51,878 bases of DNA from an uncultured Candidatus Saccharibacteria bacterium (GCA_964427585.1 CAYRVC010000002.1:130864-182741), one strand, 5' to 3'. Shown: positions 37,147 through 46,190, counted from the first letter of the stretch. Program-made: numbers and translations. The notes: generated by a model not told the origin, from the sequence alone.

Positions 37147-37174
37147 ATTATAGTGATGAGTATTTATATGTCAA
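37147..37174 (-). promoter_or_regulatory. Consensus sigma70 promoter for 36826-37131
   Basis: TTGACA (37174-37169), 16 bp, TATAAT (37152-37147). Confidence 0.7.
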
Positions 37175-37238
37175 TCCTGGCTTTAATCTTAACACTTGTA
37201 AAATAAAAATCCGATTAAAACCGGATTTTTCAGGCTTT

Positions 37239-38777
37239 CTATTTGCGTATTTTTTCAGTGACCCAAAATCCCATATGTTTGCCCAGCATCAGGCGGATTT
37301 GGGCGTCTAAGGCGGGAAAAGAGCCGAATACGATTAATGTCACAGGCAACAGCAGCCACTGTAAAAATATGGACATCCTTTTTCTCAATCTTATATAGCG
37401 CCCGAATTTTTTAGGCAGAGGCGGCAGAAGCATCGTGCTTAAAATGGCGGAAACGAACATTCCGATAAGAGAGACTGTCATTATTCTGCTGGTAAGAATG
37501 GGAAGGTTGAAGGAAAGGATGGTAAGGTTGAATTTTTCCCCTCCTAAAATTAATGGCAGCCATCCTAAAACAAACAGCAGGAGGGCGGCTGTGGACCATG
37601 ACCAGAAGCCGTCGATTATCGTGTACAAATGGGAGATTTTTTTCAAAGAGGAAATTTTTTTGTTTTTCCAGAAACCGAAAATTATGTAAGGTATTTCGCT
37701 ACAGCCCCAGGCCCAGCGTTTTTGCTGTTTATACTGGTTTATTATTGTTTTAAAAAAGCTTAAAGTCATTACGGCATCCATTGAAACCAGGTAATAAATG
37801 GGCACTACCCGGTAATCGCCGTCGTAGCAAAGATAAGCCCTCCAGAAGATTCTGGAATCGTCGGAAACAACGTTTGCCGGATATCCCACTTCAAAAAATA
37901 CCTTGCCGGGAATGGAGTGGGAAGAATATGTGGTAAGCTTTTCCGCCCTTTCCTGCTGAATCATCTGCCAAAAGGTGTTGGATGTTGAGACAACCCTGGC
38001 AAAGGCGGAAGCAGACCAGATGTTATTGTTATAAACCGGAATAGGCTGATAACTTGCTTTTAAAGGATTTTCCATTGCCAGGTAATACCATGTGAGGCAC
38101 GCAAAATATTGAGGATAAACTTTAGTGTCTATGTCAAAACTTGAAACCAAGATATTCTCGTAAGGAATTTTTGATTCGTCTATGAATTTTTTGGCTTCTT
38201 TCCCTGCCCAGGCGACATTAGACCCCTTCCCGCTTATTTCCCCAGGTATATTGTCTGGGTGGGCGGATATCAAAAATTTATAAAAATTGGAGCCATATTT
38301 TTTTGCGATGGTTTCTGCCGCTTCTTCTGCCTTTTGTCCGGCCCGTTTTTCTATTGCCAGGACAACTATCATTTTTTCTTTCGGATAATTTGAATTTACC
38401 AAAGAATCAATGGTTTCTTTTATTATTTCCGGGCCCTCTTTGTATGTGGGCAGGATTATAAGGTGGTATATATTTTTCCATTCGCGGTTTTTTTTAAGAG
38501 CCCTCATCCAGTCTTTTTTCAAATGACTTTTTATTTTAAAGTAGCTTACGATCTGGTGCAGAGAAAAATAAACTACCCTGAAAAGATAATAAAGGCAGAA
38601 ACAAATTATAAATATGGCCACGTATGAGGGAATCAGCCAAGAAAAAACAAGAACTCCGAAAAGAGTTCCCAAGCTTAAAATTCCAGGAATGGTTTCCAGC
38701 AGGCGGTATAACAATCTTTCTTTTTGGTTTTTTATATCGCCGGCTTTTGAAATATCCAGATAATCTTTTTTTTCCAT
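37239..38777 (-). CDS. Processive-type GT2 family membrane glycosyltransferase
   Basis: HLIILPTYKE, SGKGSNVAWA, SSFDIDT, VVSDDSRIFW, QQKRWAWG, flanking TM helices. ATG at 38777; the track start runs through tRNA-Glu. Confidence 0.88.
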   Translation of the reverse strand: MEKKDYLDISKAGDIKNQKERLLYRLLETIPGILSLGTLFGVLVFSWLIPSYVAIFIICFCLYYLFRVVYFSLHQIVSYFKIKSHLKKDWMRALKKNREWKNIYHLIILPTYKEGPEIIKETIDSLVNSNYPKEKMIVVLAIEKRAGQKAEEAAETIAKKYGSNFYKFLISAHPDNIPGEISGKGSNVAWAGKEAKKFIDESKIPYENILVSSFDIDTKVYPQYFACLTWYYLAMENPLKASYQPIPVYNNNIWSASAFARVVSTSNTFWQMIQQERAEKLTTYSSHSIPGKVFFEVGYPANVVSDDSRIFWRAYLCYDGDYRVVPIYYLVSMDAVMTLSFFKTIINQYKQQKRWAWGCSEIPYIIFGFWKNKKISSLKKISHLYTIIDGFWSWSTAALLLFVLGWLPLILGGEKFNLTILSFNLPILTSRIMTVSLIGMFVSAILSTMLLPPLPKKFGRYIRLRKRMSIFLQWLLLPVTLIVFGSFPALDAQIRLMLGKHMGFWVTEKIRK

Positions 38778-38854
38778 GGTGGCCCCAACCGGATTTGAAC
38801 CGGTGTTCTCAGCTTGAAAAGCTGGTGTACTGGACCAGGCTATACGATGGGGCC
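38777..38854 (-). tRNA. tRNA-Glu(TTC)
   Basis: GGCCCCA/TGGGGCC acceptor, loop TT-TTC-AA, T-loop TTCAAAT, encoded CCA. Confidence 0.93.
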
Positions 38855-38915
38855 GTACTGAATTTCGTAATTCAAGGTATGTATTCAATTTTACATAGAA
38901 AACTGAAAAAATCAA

Positions 38916-40538
38916 CTATTTTTTTAGAATTATTGCCGTATCGTCTTCGTAAATTGTCTGCCAGCCGAGGTTGGTGAGTTCTTTGTAAAGATTTTTTTCT
39001 TCGTCCATAGAATTACGGAAAACATAGTTAAGCAGGCGGTATTTTTTGATGAAATTTTTTATTTTGTTATTCCTGTTTTCCATAGGATTATCTTTTATGG
39101 TTCTGGACAAAGCGGCCATTTTAATGTCATATTTTTCCATTATTTTTTCAAAACCTTCCTCTGCGTCATATATTTTAAGATAATCTCCAAACGCGAATTG
39201 GCCGTTTTGCCGCCAACTCGGCATCCGGCCGTCAATGAAATATTTTCTTTCCGGTATTTTCCATATCAAATATCCGCCCCAGCGGTATTCGTTGAATAAG
39301 TTGTCTTCTTGGGGCAATGTTTTAAGAAAAGGAATTGCCTTTTCCGGATAATCGTCCGCCCAGCTGTCGCCGAAAAAATCCGGCAGGAAATTATGGAAAA
39401 ATCCATAGGTTAAAAAAATAAAAACCAATGCCAGTTCAAGAACTAATTCCCTTTTTTGGGAAAAATTGAGGGATTTTAAGGTTTTTGGCAGGTTGGATTT
39501 TATGTACAAGGCTGTTTCGTTTAAAATTTCGCTTAAAACGGGAATGGTAATAATGACAAAAAGCAAAAAATGCCTGGCGCTGGCCATGGCAAGGGAAAAG
39601 AAAAAAAGCGAGACAATAATTTGGTTGAATTCCACTTTTCTGTAAAACACAGCCAATAAAACGGCGAATACTGCTATGTACAAAGATATGAACATATGAA
39701 ATCCAAGAGAGAAAAGCGGGAACCATTCCACAATATTGAATCTTAAAAAGTTGTCCCCGATTGTCCTGAAAACTTCTTCGTAAATCATTAGTCCGTAGGG
39801 GTTTATAATCGTGGCAAGAAAAGAAAACAGGAGAATAAAAAACAGGGCTGAAATTTTTTTCCAAGGTTGTTCTTCAAAATAAAGATTGTTTACCCCCACA
39901 CCAAACGAGCGATGGCTGGTGCCCGCTTTTTTGTCTCTCGTTATGGTGTGGGGGTAAATTTTTTTGAAAATTTCAGCCAGAAGTTCTATAAATAAAATAA
40001 CAAGGCCGGCAAAAAATCCGGCATGCAGGTTAGTCCACAAAATAAACATCAAGGGCAGAAAATAAGCCGACCTTGAGGAACGGCTTAAAAAATCATTTAT
40101 TGTTTTCCATAAAACCGCCACAAAGAACACGGTTATAATTTGGAGCCTTATTCCTAAAAAATTGACTGTGGCGAGGTATCCGAAAATAAATATTATTGTA
40201 AAAATCCATAATTTTTGGCTTCTGTTTCCGACAACGAAAAAAGACAAAGCATGGATAGAAAGAAAAATAAGCAGAAGCAAATCGGCTCCGGAAATTGAAT
40301 GGATTTTGTAAATCAAAACATCTGCCAGCCATTCATGGTCAATCCACGGAAAATCAGGCATAGTGTAAGAATACCAGTCTTTGTAAGGCGCGCCTTTCTC
40401 CAATATCAGCTCGCCTGTTTTCAAGTGCAAGCCGAAATCAGGGTCTGTTGATGAACGCAGGCCAAAAAAGCCGAGAGAAATCATTAATATGAAAACCGCC
40501 GGCAGCAAGAAAAATCTTGATATTTGTATTTTTTCCAT
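38916..40538 (-). CDS. Polytopic membrane protein, GT-C-fold glycosyltransferase-like
   Basis: DPDFGLHLKTGELIL..G.P..D.YSYT...WIDHEWL, LWTNLHAGF, TIINPYG, FNEYRWGGYLIW, FIDGRM. Confidence 0.65.
   Translation of the reverse strand: MEKIQISRFFLLPAVFILMISLGFFGLRSSTDPDFGLHLKTGELILEKGAPYKDWYSYTMPDFPWIDHEWLADVLIYKIHSISGADLLLLIFLSIHALSFFVVGNRSQKLWIFTIIFIFGYLATVNFLGIRLQIITVFFVAVLWKTINDFLSRSSRSAYFLPLMFILWTNLHAGFFAGLVILFIELLAEIFKKIYPHTITRDKKAGTSHRSFGVGVNNLYFEEQPWKKISALFFILLFSFLATIINPYGLMIYEEVFRTIGDNFLRFNIVEWFPLFSLGFHMFISLYIAVFAVLLAVFYRKVEFNQIIVSLFFFSLAMASARHFLLFVIITIPVLSEILNETALYIKSNLPKTLKSLNFSQKRELVLELALVFIFLTYGFFHNFLPDFFGDSWADDYPEKAIPFLKTLPQEDNLFNEYRWGGYLIWKIPERKYFIDGRMPSWRQNGQFAFGDYLKIYDAEEGFEKIMEKYDIKMAALSRTIKDNPMENRNNKIKNFIKKYRLLNYVFRNSMDEEKNLYKELTNLGWQTIYEDDTAIILKK
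39889..39958. repeat. 70-bp palindromic element inserted in frame in the GT-C-like gene
   Basis: Perfect 15-bp arms tttacccccacacca / tggtgtgggggtaaa plus inner aacgag/ctcgtt pairing; encodes YPHTITRDKKAGTSHRSFGVGVN. Confidence 0.88.
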
Positions 40539-40593
40539 TATGGTGTTATCTTACATATTATCACTTTTGTTTTACTATTGAAGTGAATAAAAT

Positions 40594-41859
40594 ATGAAAA
40601 TTTTGGCCATTGAAACATCTTGTGACGACACGGCCGTTGCCGCGCTGGAAATAAAGGAAAAAGCATCCCTTTCTTTTGATGTTCTGTCAAATATTGTTTC
40701 ATCGCAGGCCGGGGTGCATAAAAAATACGGAGGGGTGTTTCCCGCCATGGCGAAGAGGGAACATCAAAATAATTTAGTTCCTGTTTTAACGCGCGCGTTA
40801 AAACAGGCCAAATTATTAAATCCCAAATTTCAAATCCCCCGCCTGCGCCAAGGCTTTGGCGGGCAGGCAAATCCCAAAAAAATAATAAATCCTAAATTCC
40901 AAATTATAAGTACGATTTTAGAGCGAGAGCAAGAACTTTGTAAAAAATTAATTCCGTTTTTTAAAAAATATGAAAATCCGGATGTTGATTTAATCGCTGT
41001 AACGCATGGCCCCGGGCTTGAGCCTTGTTTGTGGGTTGGGATAAATTTTGCAAAGGCGATAGCGTATTTTTGGGATATTCCGATTGTGCCGGTAAACCAC
41101 ATAGAAAGCCATCTTTTAGTGAATATTTTGGAGAATAAAAATATAAAATTTCCCGCGATTTGTTTGGTTGTTTCAGGCGGACATACGCAATTGATTTTAA
41201 TGAAAGGCATCGGCAAATACAAAATACTGGGGGAAACGCGGGACGATGCGGCAGGAGAGTGTTTTGACAAATGCGCCAAAATTTTAGGGCTTGGATACCC
41301 CGGCGGTCCTATAATTTCAAAGCTAGCAGATAGACACCCGATGTCTATCAAAAGACTTGATAGACATCGGGTGTCTATCAAACTGCCGAGGCCGATGATA
41401 AATACAAAAGATTATGATTTTTCTTTTTCAGGGTTGAAGACGGCGGTATTATATGCCGTAAAAGAGAGAAAACGAGTGTGGTCAAATTCCCACGATCGTA
41501 GAAATTTAACCACGCTAAAATTTAAACAATATCAGCAAGAAATGGCGGTCGAGATTCAGCAGGCGATAATTGATGTTTTGATAAAAAAAACAATCAAAGC
41601 CTCAAAGGATTATAAGGCAAAAACAATAATTTTGGGCGGAGGCGTTTCGGCCAATAAAGAGCTGCGATTGCAATTTGAATCAAAAATCAAGAATTCCGAA
41701 TCAAAAATAAATTTTTTGGTTCCGCCAAAAAACCTATCGACCGATAACGCGGTAATGACTGCTGTTGCCGGATATTTTAACCGGAAAAATAAAATTGGGA
41801 GAGCTGTTCTCCGAAAGCTTAAGGCTGAGGCAAATTTACGAATTCACCCGGTCAAATAA
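40594..41859 (+). CDS. tsaD: tRNA N6-threonylcarbamoyladenosine synthesis protein TsaD with three in-frame repeat insertions
   Basis: LAIETSCDDT, YGGVFP, GPGL, VNHIESH, VSGGHT, DDAAGECFDK, FSFSGLKT, GGVSAN, STDNAVM. 421 aa, longer than the usual ~340. Confidence 0.96.
   Translation: MKILAIETSCDDTAVAALEIKEKASLSFDVLSNIVSSQAGVHKKYGGVFPAMAKREHQNNLVPVLTRALKQAKLLNPKFQIPRLRQGFGGQANPKKIINPKFQIISTILEREQELCKKLIPFFKKYENPDVDLIAVTHGPGLEPCLWVGINFAKAIAYFWDIPIVPVNHIESHLLVNILENKNIKFPAICLVVSGGHTQLILMKGIGKYKILGETRDDAAGECFDKCAKILGLGYPGGPIISKLADRHPMSIKRLDRHRVSIKLPRPMINTKDYDFSFSGLKTAVLYAVKERKRVWSNSHDRRNLTTLKFKQYQQEMAVEIQQAIIDVLIKKTIKASKDYKAKTIILGGGVSANKELRLQFESKIKNSESKINFLVPPKNLSTDNAVMTAVAGYFNRKNKIGRAVLRKLKAEANLRIHPVK
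40811..40905 (+). repeat. Nested repeat insert in tsaD: GC palindrome within AAATCCCAAATT-type repeats
   Basis: aaatcccaaatttcaaatcc-[cccgcctgcgccaaggctttggcgggcagg]-caaatcccaaaaaaataataaatcctaaattccaaatt. Confidence 0.75.
41329..41379. repeat. Perfect 23-bp inverted repeat in tsaD
   Basis: gatagacacccgatgtctatcaa-aagac-ttgatagacatcgggtgtctatc; each arm is itself an 8-bp hairpin. Confidence 0.93.
41475..41516. repeat. 42-bp imperfect palindrome in tsaD
   Basis: agtgtggtcaaattcccacgatcgtagaaatttaaccacgct, centred on acgatcgt. Confidence 0.8.
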
Positions 41860-41907
41860 TTTTATTTGATTGGGTAAACAAAATATGATAAAATTTTAAA
41901 ATAAGCA

Positions 41908-44121
41908 ATGGAACTGTCTAAAACATACGATCACAAACAGGTTGAAGATGAAATTTACCGGCTTTGGGAAAAGTCCGGATTTTTTAATCCTGACAAACTG
42001 CCTTCTCGCCATAAAAACCCGTTTTCAATTTTATTGCCCCTTCCCAACGCCAATGACCCTTTGCACATGGGGCACGCGCTCTTTACCATTGAAGATATTA
42101 TGGCCAGGTTTCACAGGATGAAAGGCGAAAAAGTGCTTTGGCTGCCGGGCGGAGACCATGCCGGCATTGAAACGCAATTTGTTTTTGAAAAAAAACTGGC
42201 CAAGGAAGGAAAGAGCCGTTTTGATTTTGACAGAAAAACCCTTTATCAGATGATTGCAGAGTACGTGGAAAAGAATAAGAATATAAATAAGGAACAATTG
42301 AAGAAAATGGGGTTTTCTCTGGACTGGTCGAGGTATCATTACAGCTTAGAGCCGGATATTGTCGCCATGGTCATTAAAACTTTTCAAAGGCTGCACAAAG
42401 ACGGGTTGATTTACCGCGGAGAGAGAATGGTAAATTTTTGCACAAAATGCGGAACTGCTTTTTCAGACCTTGAAGTTGATTATGCGGAGAAGGATGATTT
42501 TTTATATTATTTGGATTATGGAATCTTAAAGATAGCCACCACCAGGCCTGAAACAATTTTCGCCGATTCGGCTGTTGCCGTAAATCCAAAAGACAAGCGT
42601 TATAAGGGCTTAATAGGCAAAACGGCGAAGATACCGCTTATAGATAAAGAAATTAAAATAATATCTGACGATACCATTGATATAGAGTTTGGAACAGGCG
42701 CTTTAAAAGTTACGCCGGGGCACGACAAGGCTGACTTTGACATCGGCCAAAGGCATAATTTGGAAATTATAACCATAATAGACAGGAGGGGCAAACTTGT
42801 GAACGCGCCGGAAAAATATAATGGGCTAAGCGTAAAAAACGCCAGGGAAGAAGTCGCAAAAGATTTGTTGGCAGAAAATAAATTGATAAAAACAGAACCC
42901 CTTAAACATTCAGTGGGAATATGCTATCGATGCAAATCAACCATTGAACCCCTTATAATGCCTCAATGGTTTTTGAAAATAAAGCCGCTGGCTATGCCCG
43001 CCCTTGAGGCCGTTAAAAAAGGAAAAACGAAAATTTTTCCCGAAAAAAGGTTTAAAAAAATGTATGTTGACTGGCTGAAAAATATTTATGATTGGAACAT
43101 CTCAAGGCAGATTGTGTGGGGGCCCCGGATTCCGGTTTGGTATTGCTTAGACTGCAACGATAATATTCTGGTGAATTTTATTGATAAAAGCGGACAAAAA
43201 ACAAGCGGATTTTATAAAGACCTTAAAAATAAATACGGCTTTGAGGAAATAAAAAGCGGATTGCAGTCGTTGATAGCGCCAAAAGACGCCGTTTATTCAT
43301 TGAAGGAAGAGAAATGCAAAAAGTGCAAGGGCGATAATGTTTTGCAGGAAACAGACACTTTTGACACATGGTTTTTGTCCGGGCAATGGCCGCTGACTGC
43401 TTTGGGATATCCTGACAGCAAGGATTTCAAAACATTTTATCCCACTTCTGTTATGGATACCTTATGGGATATTTTATTTTTTTGGGTGGCAAGGATGATG
43501 ATGTTCGGTTTGTTTTTGGCAAAAGATGTTCCTTTCAAAACAGTGCATCTGCATTGCCGGATTGTGGACAAACAGGGCCAAAAAATGAGCAAAAGCAAAG
43601 GGAATGTGATGGATCCTCTTTTTATGACGGAAAAATACGGCACGGACGCCCTGCGTTTTGCCCTGGTTTTCGGGGCTTCGCCGGGAGCCGACATCCATAT
43701 AAGCGAAGACAAAATCCGCGGAATGAGAAATTTTGCCACCAAAATTTGGAACGCTTCCAGGTTTGTGCTTTCTTTTGAGGGAAAAGCCAAAAGAACAGCG
43801 AAAAAACACAAAGACGACTTATGGATTTTAAAAGAACTTAAAAAAACAATCAAAAAATCAACGGGCTATATGGAAAAATACAGGTTTGACCTGGCCTCAG
43901 ATGAAATTTACCATTTTTTCTGGCATAAGTTCTGCGATAAATATATTGAAATTAGCAAAAAAAGAAGAGAAGAAGCCCAGGTGACCCTTGTTGAAACATT
44001 GAATGCCTCTCTAAAACTATTGCATCCGTTTATGCCTTTCGTAACGGAAGAAATTTACCAACAAATGCCCTTGAAAAATAAAAAAGAGTGTTTGATGATA
44101 GAGGAATGGCCAAAATCTTAA
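41908..44121 (+). CDS. valS: Valine-tRNA ligase lacking the C-terminal coiled-coil arm
   Basis: HMGH, WLPGGDHAGIETQ, ATTRPETIF, FGTGALKVTPGHD, WNISRQIVWG, KMSKSKGN, LHPFMPFVTEEI. Confidence 0.96.
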   Translation: MELSKTYDHKQVEDEIYRLWEKSGFFNPDKLPSRHKNPFSILLPLPNANDPLHMGHALFTIEDIMARFHRMKGEKVLWLPGGDHAGIETQFVFEKKLAKEGKSRFDFDRKTLYQMIAEYVEKNKNINKEQLKKMGFSLDWSRYHYSLEPDIVAMVIKTFQRLHKDGLIYRGERMVNFCTKCGTAFSDLEVDYAEKDDFLYYLDYGILKIATTRPETIFADSAVAVNPKDKRYKGLIGKTAKIPLIDKEIKIISDDTIDIEFGTGALKVTPGHDKADFDIGQRHNLEIITIIDRRGKLVNAPEKYNGLSVKNAREEVAKDLLAENKLIKTEPLKHSVGICYRCKSTIEPLIMPQWFLKIKPLAMPALEAVKKGKTKIFPEKRFKKMYVDWLKNIYDWNISRQIVWGPRIPVWYCLDCNDNILVNFIDKSGQKTSGFYKDLKNKYGFEEIKSGLQSLIAPKDAVYSLKEEKCKKCKGDNVLQETDTFDTWFLSGQWPLTALGYPDSKDFKTFYPTSVMDTLWDILFFWVARMMMFGLFLAKDVPFKTVHLHCRIVDKQGQKMSKSKGNVMDPLFMTEKYGTDALRFALVFGASPGADIHISEDKIRGMRNFATKIWNASRFVLSFEGKAKRTAKKHKDDLWILKELKKTIKKSTGYMEKYRFDLASDEIYHFFWHKFCDKYIEISKKRREEAQVTLVETLNASLKLLHPFMPFVTEEIYQQMPLKNKKECLMIEEWPKS

Positions 44122-44133
44122 TATTTCGATAAA

Positions 44134-44865
44134 ATGGATTTTAAAATCATAATTTACATTATTTTTGGAATTCTGCCCAGCCTGACCTGGCTTTCTTATT
44201 ATTTAAGAAAGGACGTCCATCCCGAATCAAACAGAAACATTATAATGGTTTTTTTGTGGGGAGCCATGGCAACAGCCCCTGTTTTTTTTATCCAGATAGG
44301 GGCAGCTTACTTGCTGGAAAGGGTTGAGTCTTTTCTGCCCCCTTTTGTTGTTTCCTTGATATTTTGGTTTTTGATAATATCTTTTACGGAAGAGTTTTTT
44401 AAATACCTGGTGATCAAGAAAAAAATCATCAACAATAAAGAGCTGGATGAACCTTTGGACATAATGCTTTATATGATTATTTCAGCTCTTGGGTTCGCCG
44501 CCCTAGAAAACATCCTTTACCTTATTTCTCCTCCAGGCAACCTGTCTTTTCAAGCCTTGATGGGAAGGACAATGGCTATAAGCTTTTTGCGCTTTATAGG
44601 CGCCACTTTTCTGCATACTTTATGCTCCGGGCTTTTGGGTTATTTTTTGGCTGTTTCATTCTGCGAAACAAAAAGGAAAACAGTCATATTCCTCGTGGGG
44701 CTTTTTTTGGCGACCCTCTTGCACGGTTTGTATGATTTTTCTATAATGACATTAGAGCTTCCTATAAAAGTCATAATACCTCTGGCAATTCTTGTGATAT
44801 TAGCCATTTTTATGATTTCCTGGTTTGAAAAGCTAAAAAAGTTAAAAAGCGTATGTAAAATATAA
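44134..44865 (+). CDS. PrsW family intramembrane metalloprotease
   Basis: FTEEFFKY, SALGFAALEN, FLHTLCSG, LHGLYDF. Confidence 0.9.
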   Translation: MDFKIIIYIIFGILPSLTWLSYYLRKDVHPESNRNIIMVFLWGAMATAPVFFIQIGAAYLLERVESFLPPFVVSLIFWFLIISFTEEFFKYLVIKKKIINNKELDEPLDIMLYMIISALGFAALENILYLISPPGNLSFQALMGRTMAISFLRFIGATFLHTLCSGLLGYFLAVSFCETKRKTVIFLVGLFLATLLHGLYDFSIMTLELPIKVIIPLAILVILAIFMISWFEKLKKLKSVCKI

Positions 44866-44868
44866 TTT

Positions 44869-45288
44869 ATGAAAGCAAAACCAAAAATTAAAAAAGAGCC
44901 TTTAGCTCAAAAAATCCAAGAGCCAGAATTGGAAAATAAACCCGGCATTTTTAGCAGAGAGGGAGAGCTGGTGGTTGATGTGTTTGAAACAAATTCCGAA
45001 TTCGTGGTTTTGGCGGCAATAGCCGGCATACAGATAAAGGACATCGATATTTCTCTGGAAAAGGAAATGCTCGTTATAAAGGGAAACAGGCAAAGCCCCA
45101 ATATAGGCTTGGAGAAAAAATATTTTTACCAGGAATGCTATTGGGGGCCGTTTTCAAGGAAAATAGTTTTGCCTGAAAATATAAATATAGCGGAGGCTGC
45201 CGCGGAAATGGACAAAGGCGTTTTAACCATTAAGATTCCTAAGGCAAAGCAGGGAAATAAGGAAAAAATTGAAGTAAAAGTTTCGTAG
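44869..45288 (+). CDS. Hsp20/alpha-crystallin small heat-shock protein
   Basis: LVVDVFET, YFYQECYWGPFSRKIVLP, GVLTIKIPK. Confidence 0.92.
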   Translation: MKAKPKIKKEPLAQKIQEPELENKPGIFSREGELVVDVFETNSEFVVLAAIAGIQIKDIDISLEKEMLVIKGNRQSPNIGLEKKYFYQECYWGPFSRKIVLPENINIAEAAAEMDKGVLTIKIPKAKQGNKEKIEVKVS

Positions 45289-45307
45289 TTATTTTAAAAA
45301 AAACAAT

Positions 45308-45336
45308 AAAAAAGCGAAGCCCTGCTTCGTTTTTTT
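45308..45336. terminator. Bidirectional intrinsic terminator between Hsp20 and tRNA-Leu
   Basis: aaaaaa-gcgaagc-cct-gcttcgt-tttttt. Confidence 0.8.
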
Positions 45337-45349
45337 ATTTTTAACTTCG

Positions 45350-45431
45350 TGCCGCGGGAGAGATTTGAACTCTCAATCCTTTCGGAACATGCTCCTAAGG
45401 CATGCGCGTATTCCAGTTCCGCCACCGCGGC
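45350..45431 (-). tRNA. tRNA-Leu(TAG)
   Basis: GCCGCGG/CCGCGGC acceptor, CATGC-CT-TAG-GA-GCATG, variable arm TCC-GAAA-GGA. Confidence 0.94.
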
Positions 45432-45472
45432 TTTTTTAATATAATTTTTTTGCACTTGTTTATGATTTATAA

Positions 45473-45793
45473 TTACAGCCAGCGTTCTATAATTTCAAAT
45501 ATTGAAGCCGCCACAACTAAAACCACTGCTCCAACGACCGCGTAAAGAAGGGCGCTTCTCGCCTTTTTTATCTTTTCAGGGTCTCCTGAAGATGTGATGA
45601 ACATAATACCCGATATCAAAAGCATTATTACCACCATGGCTATGCCGACGGTATATATCAATCCCTTGATGAGCTTGATGATATTTTCAAAAGTTATATT
45701 AGTTGGCGGCCCGCCGGATGCTGACATAACTGCGGCCGGAAAACAAACAAAAGCAGTCAAAATTAGCGATAACGCAATTTTTTTATCTTTCAT
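45473..45793 (-). CDS. VirB2/TrbC-like pilin, array copy 8 (in transcription order)
   Basis: Signal peptide, two TM helices, GIMFITSSGDPEKIKKAR..LLYAVVG. Confidence 0.8.
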   Translation of the reverse strand: MKDKKIALSLILTAFVCFPAAVMSASGGPPTNITFENIIKLIKGLIYTVGIAMVVIMLLISGIMFITSSGDPEKIKKARSALLYAVVGAVVLVVAASIFEIIERWL

Positions 45794-45794
45794 T

Positions 45795-46148
45795 TCAACT
45801 TGTTGTTGTTGACGTACCTATCCAGCCTTCTATAACTTTAAATATTGAAGCCGCAACAATTAAAACCACTGCTCCCACTACAGCGTAAAGAAGGGTGTTT
45901 CTTGCTCTTTGCACTTTTTCAGGGTCTCCCGCAGACGTGATGAACATAATGCCCGATATCAAAAGCATTATTACCACCAGGGCTATGCCGATTGTGTATA
46001 TTAATCCTTTAATGAAGCTTATTATTTGATCAAAGGTTTTACCCTCTGGCGGCTGTTGAAGCGCCGAAGCTGCCATGGCGGCAACCGGAATCAGAATAAT
46101 GCCGGCCAGGAGAATCGCATGGGCGATTTTTCTATTTTTATTTTTCAT
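45795..46148 (-). CDS. VirB2/TrbC-like pilin, array copy 7
   Basis: GIMFITSAGDPEKVQRARNTLLYAVVG. Confidence 0.8.
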   Translation of the reverse strand: MKNKNRKIAHAILLAGIILIPVAAMAASALQQPPEGKTFDQIISFIKGLIYTIGIALVVIMLLISGIMFITSAGDPEKVQRARNTLLYAVVGAVVLIVAASIFKVIEGWIGTSTTTS

Positions 46149-46190
46149 TTTTAATCTAATGTTTTTAAATTAATATGCATTGAGCTAAAA

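Noticed and set aside
34503-38915. Track N-terminal extensions of recG, GT2 and (at 32305) the endonuclease
   Set aside because: They run through tRNA genes. The downstream ATGs (34548, 38777, 32254) are used instead.
32731-44121. Short IF-2 and ValRS lacking the C-terminal arm as novelties
   Set aside because: These fit the domain trimming expected in reduced genomes, and the catalytic motifs are intact.
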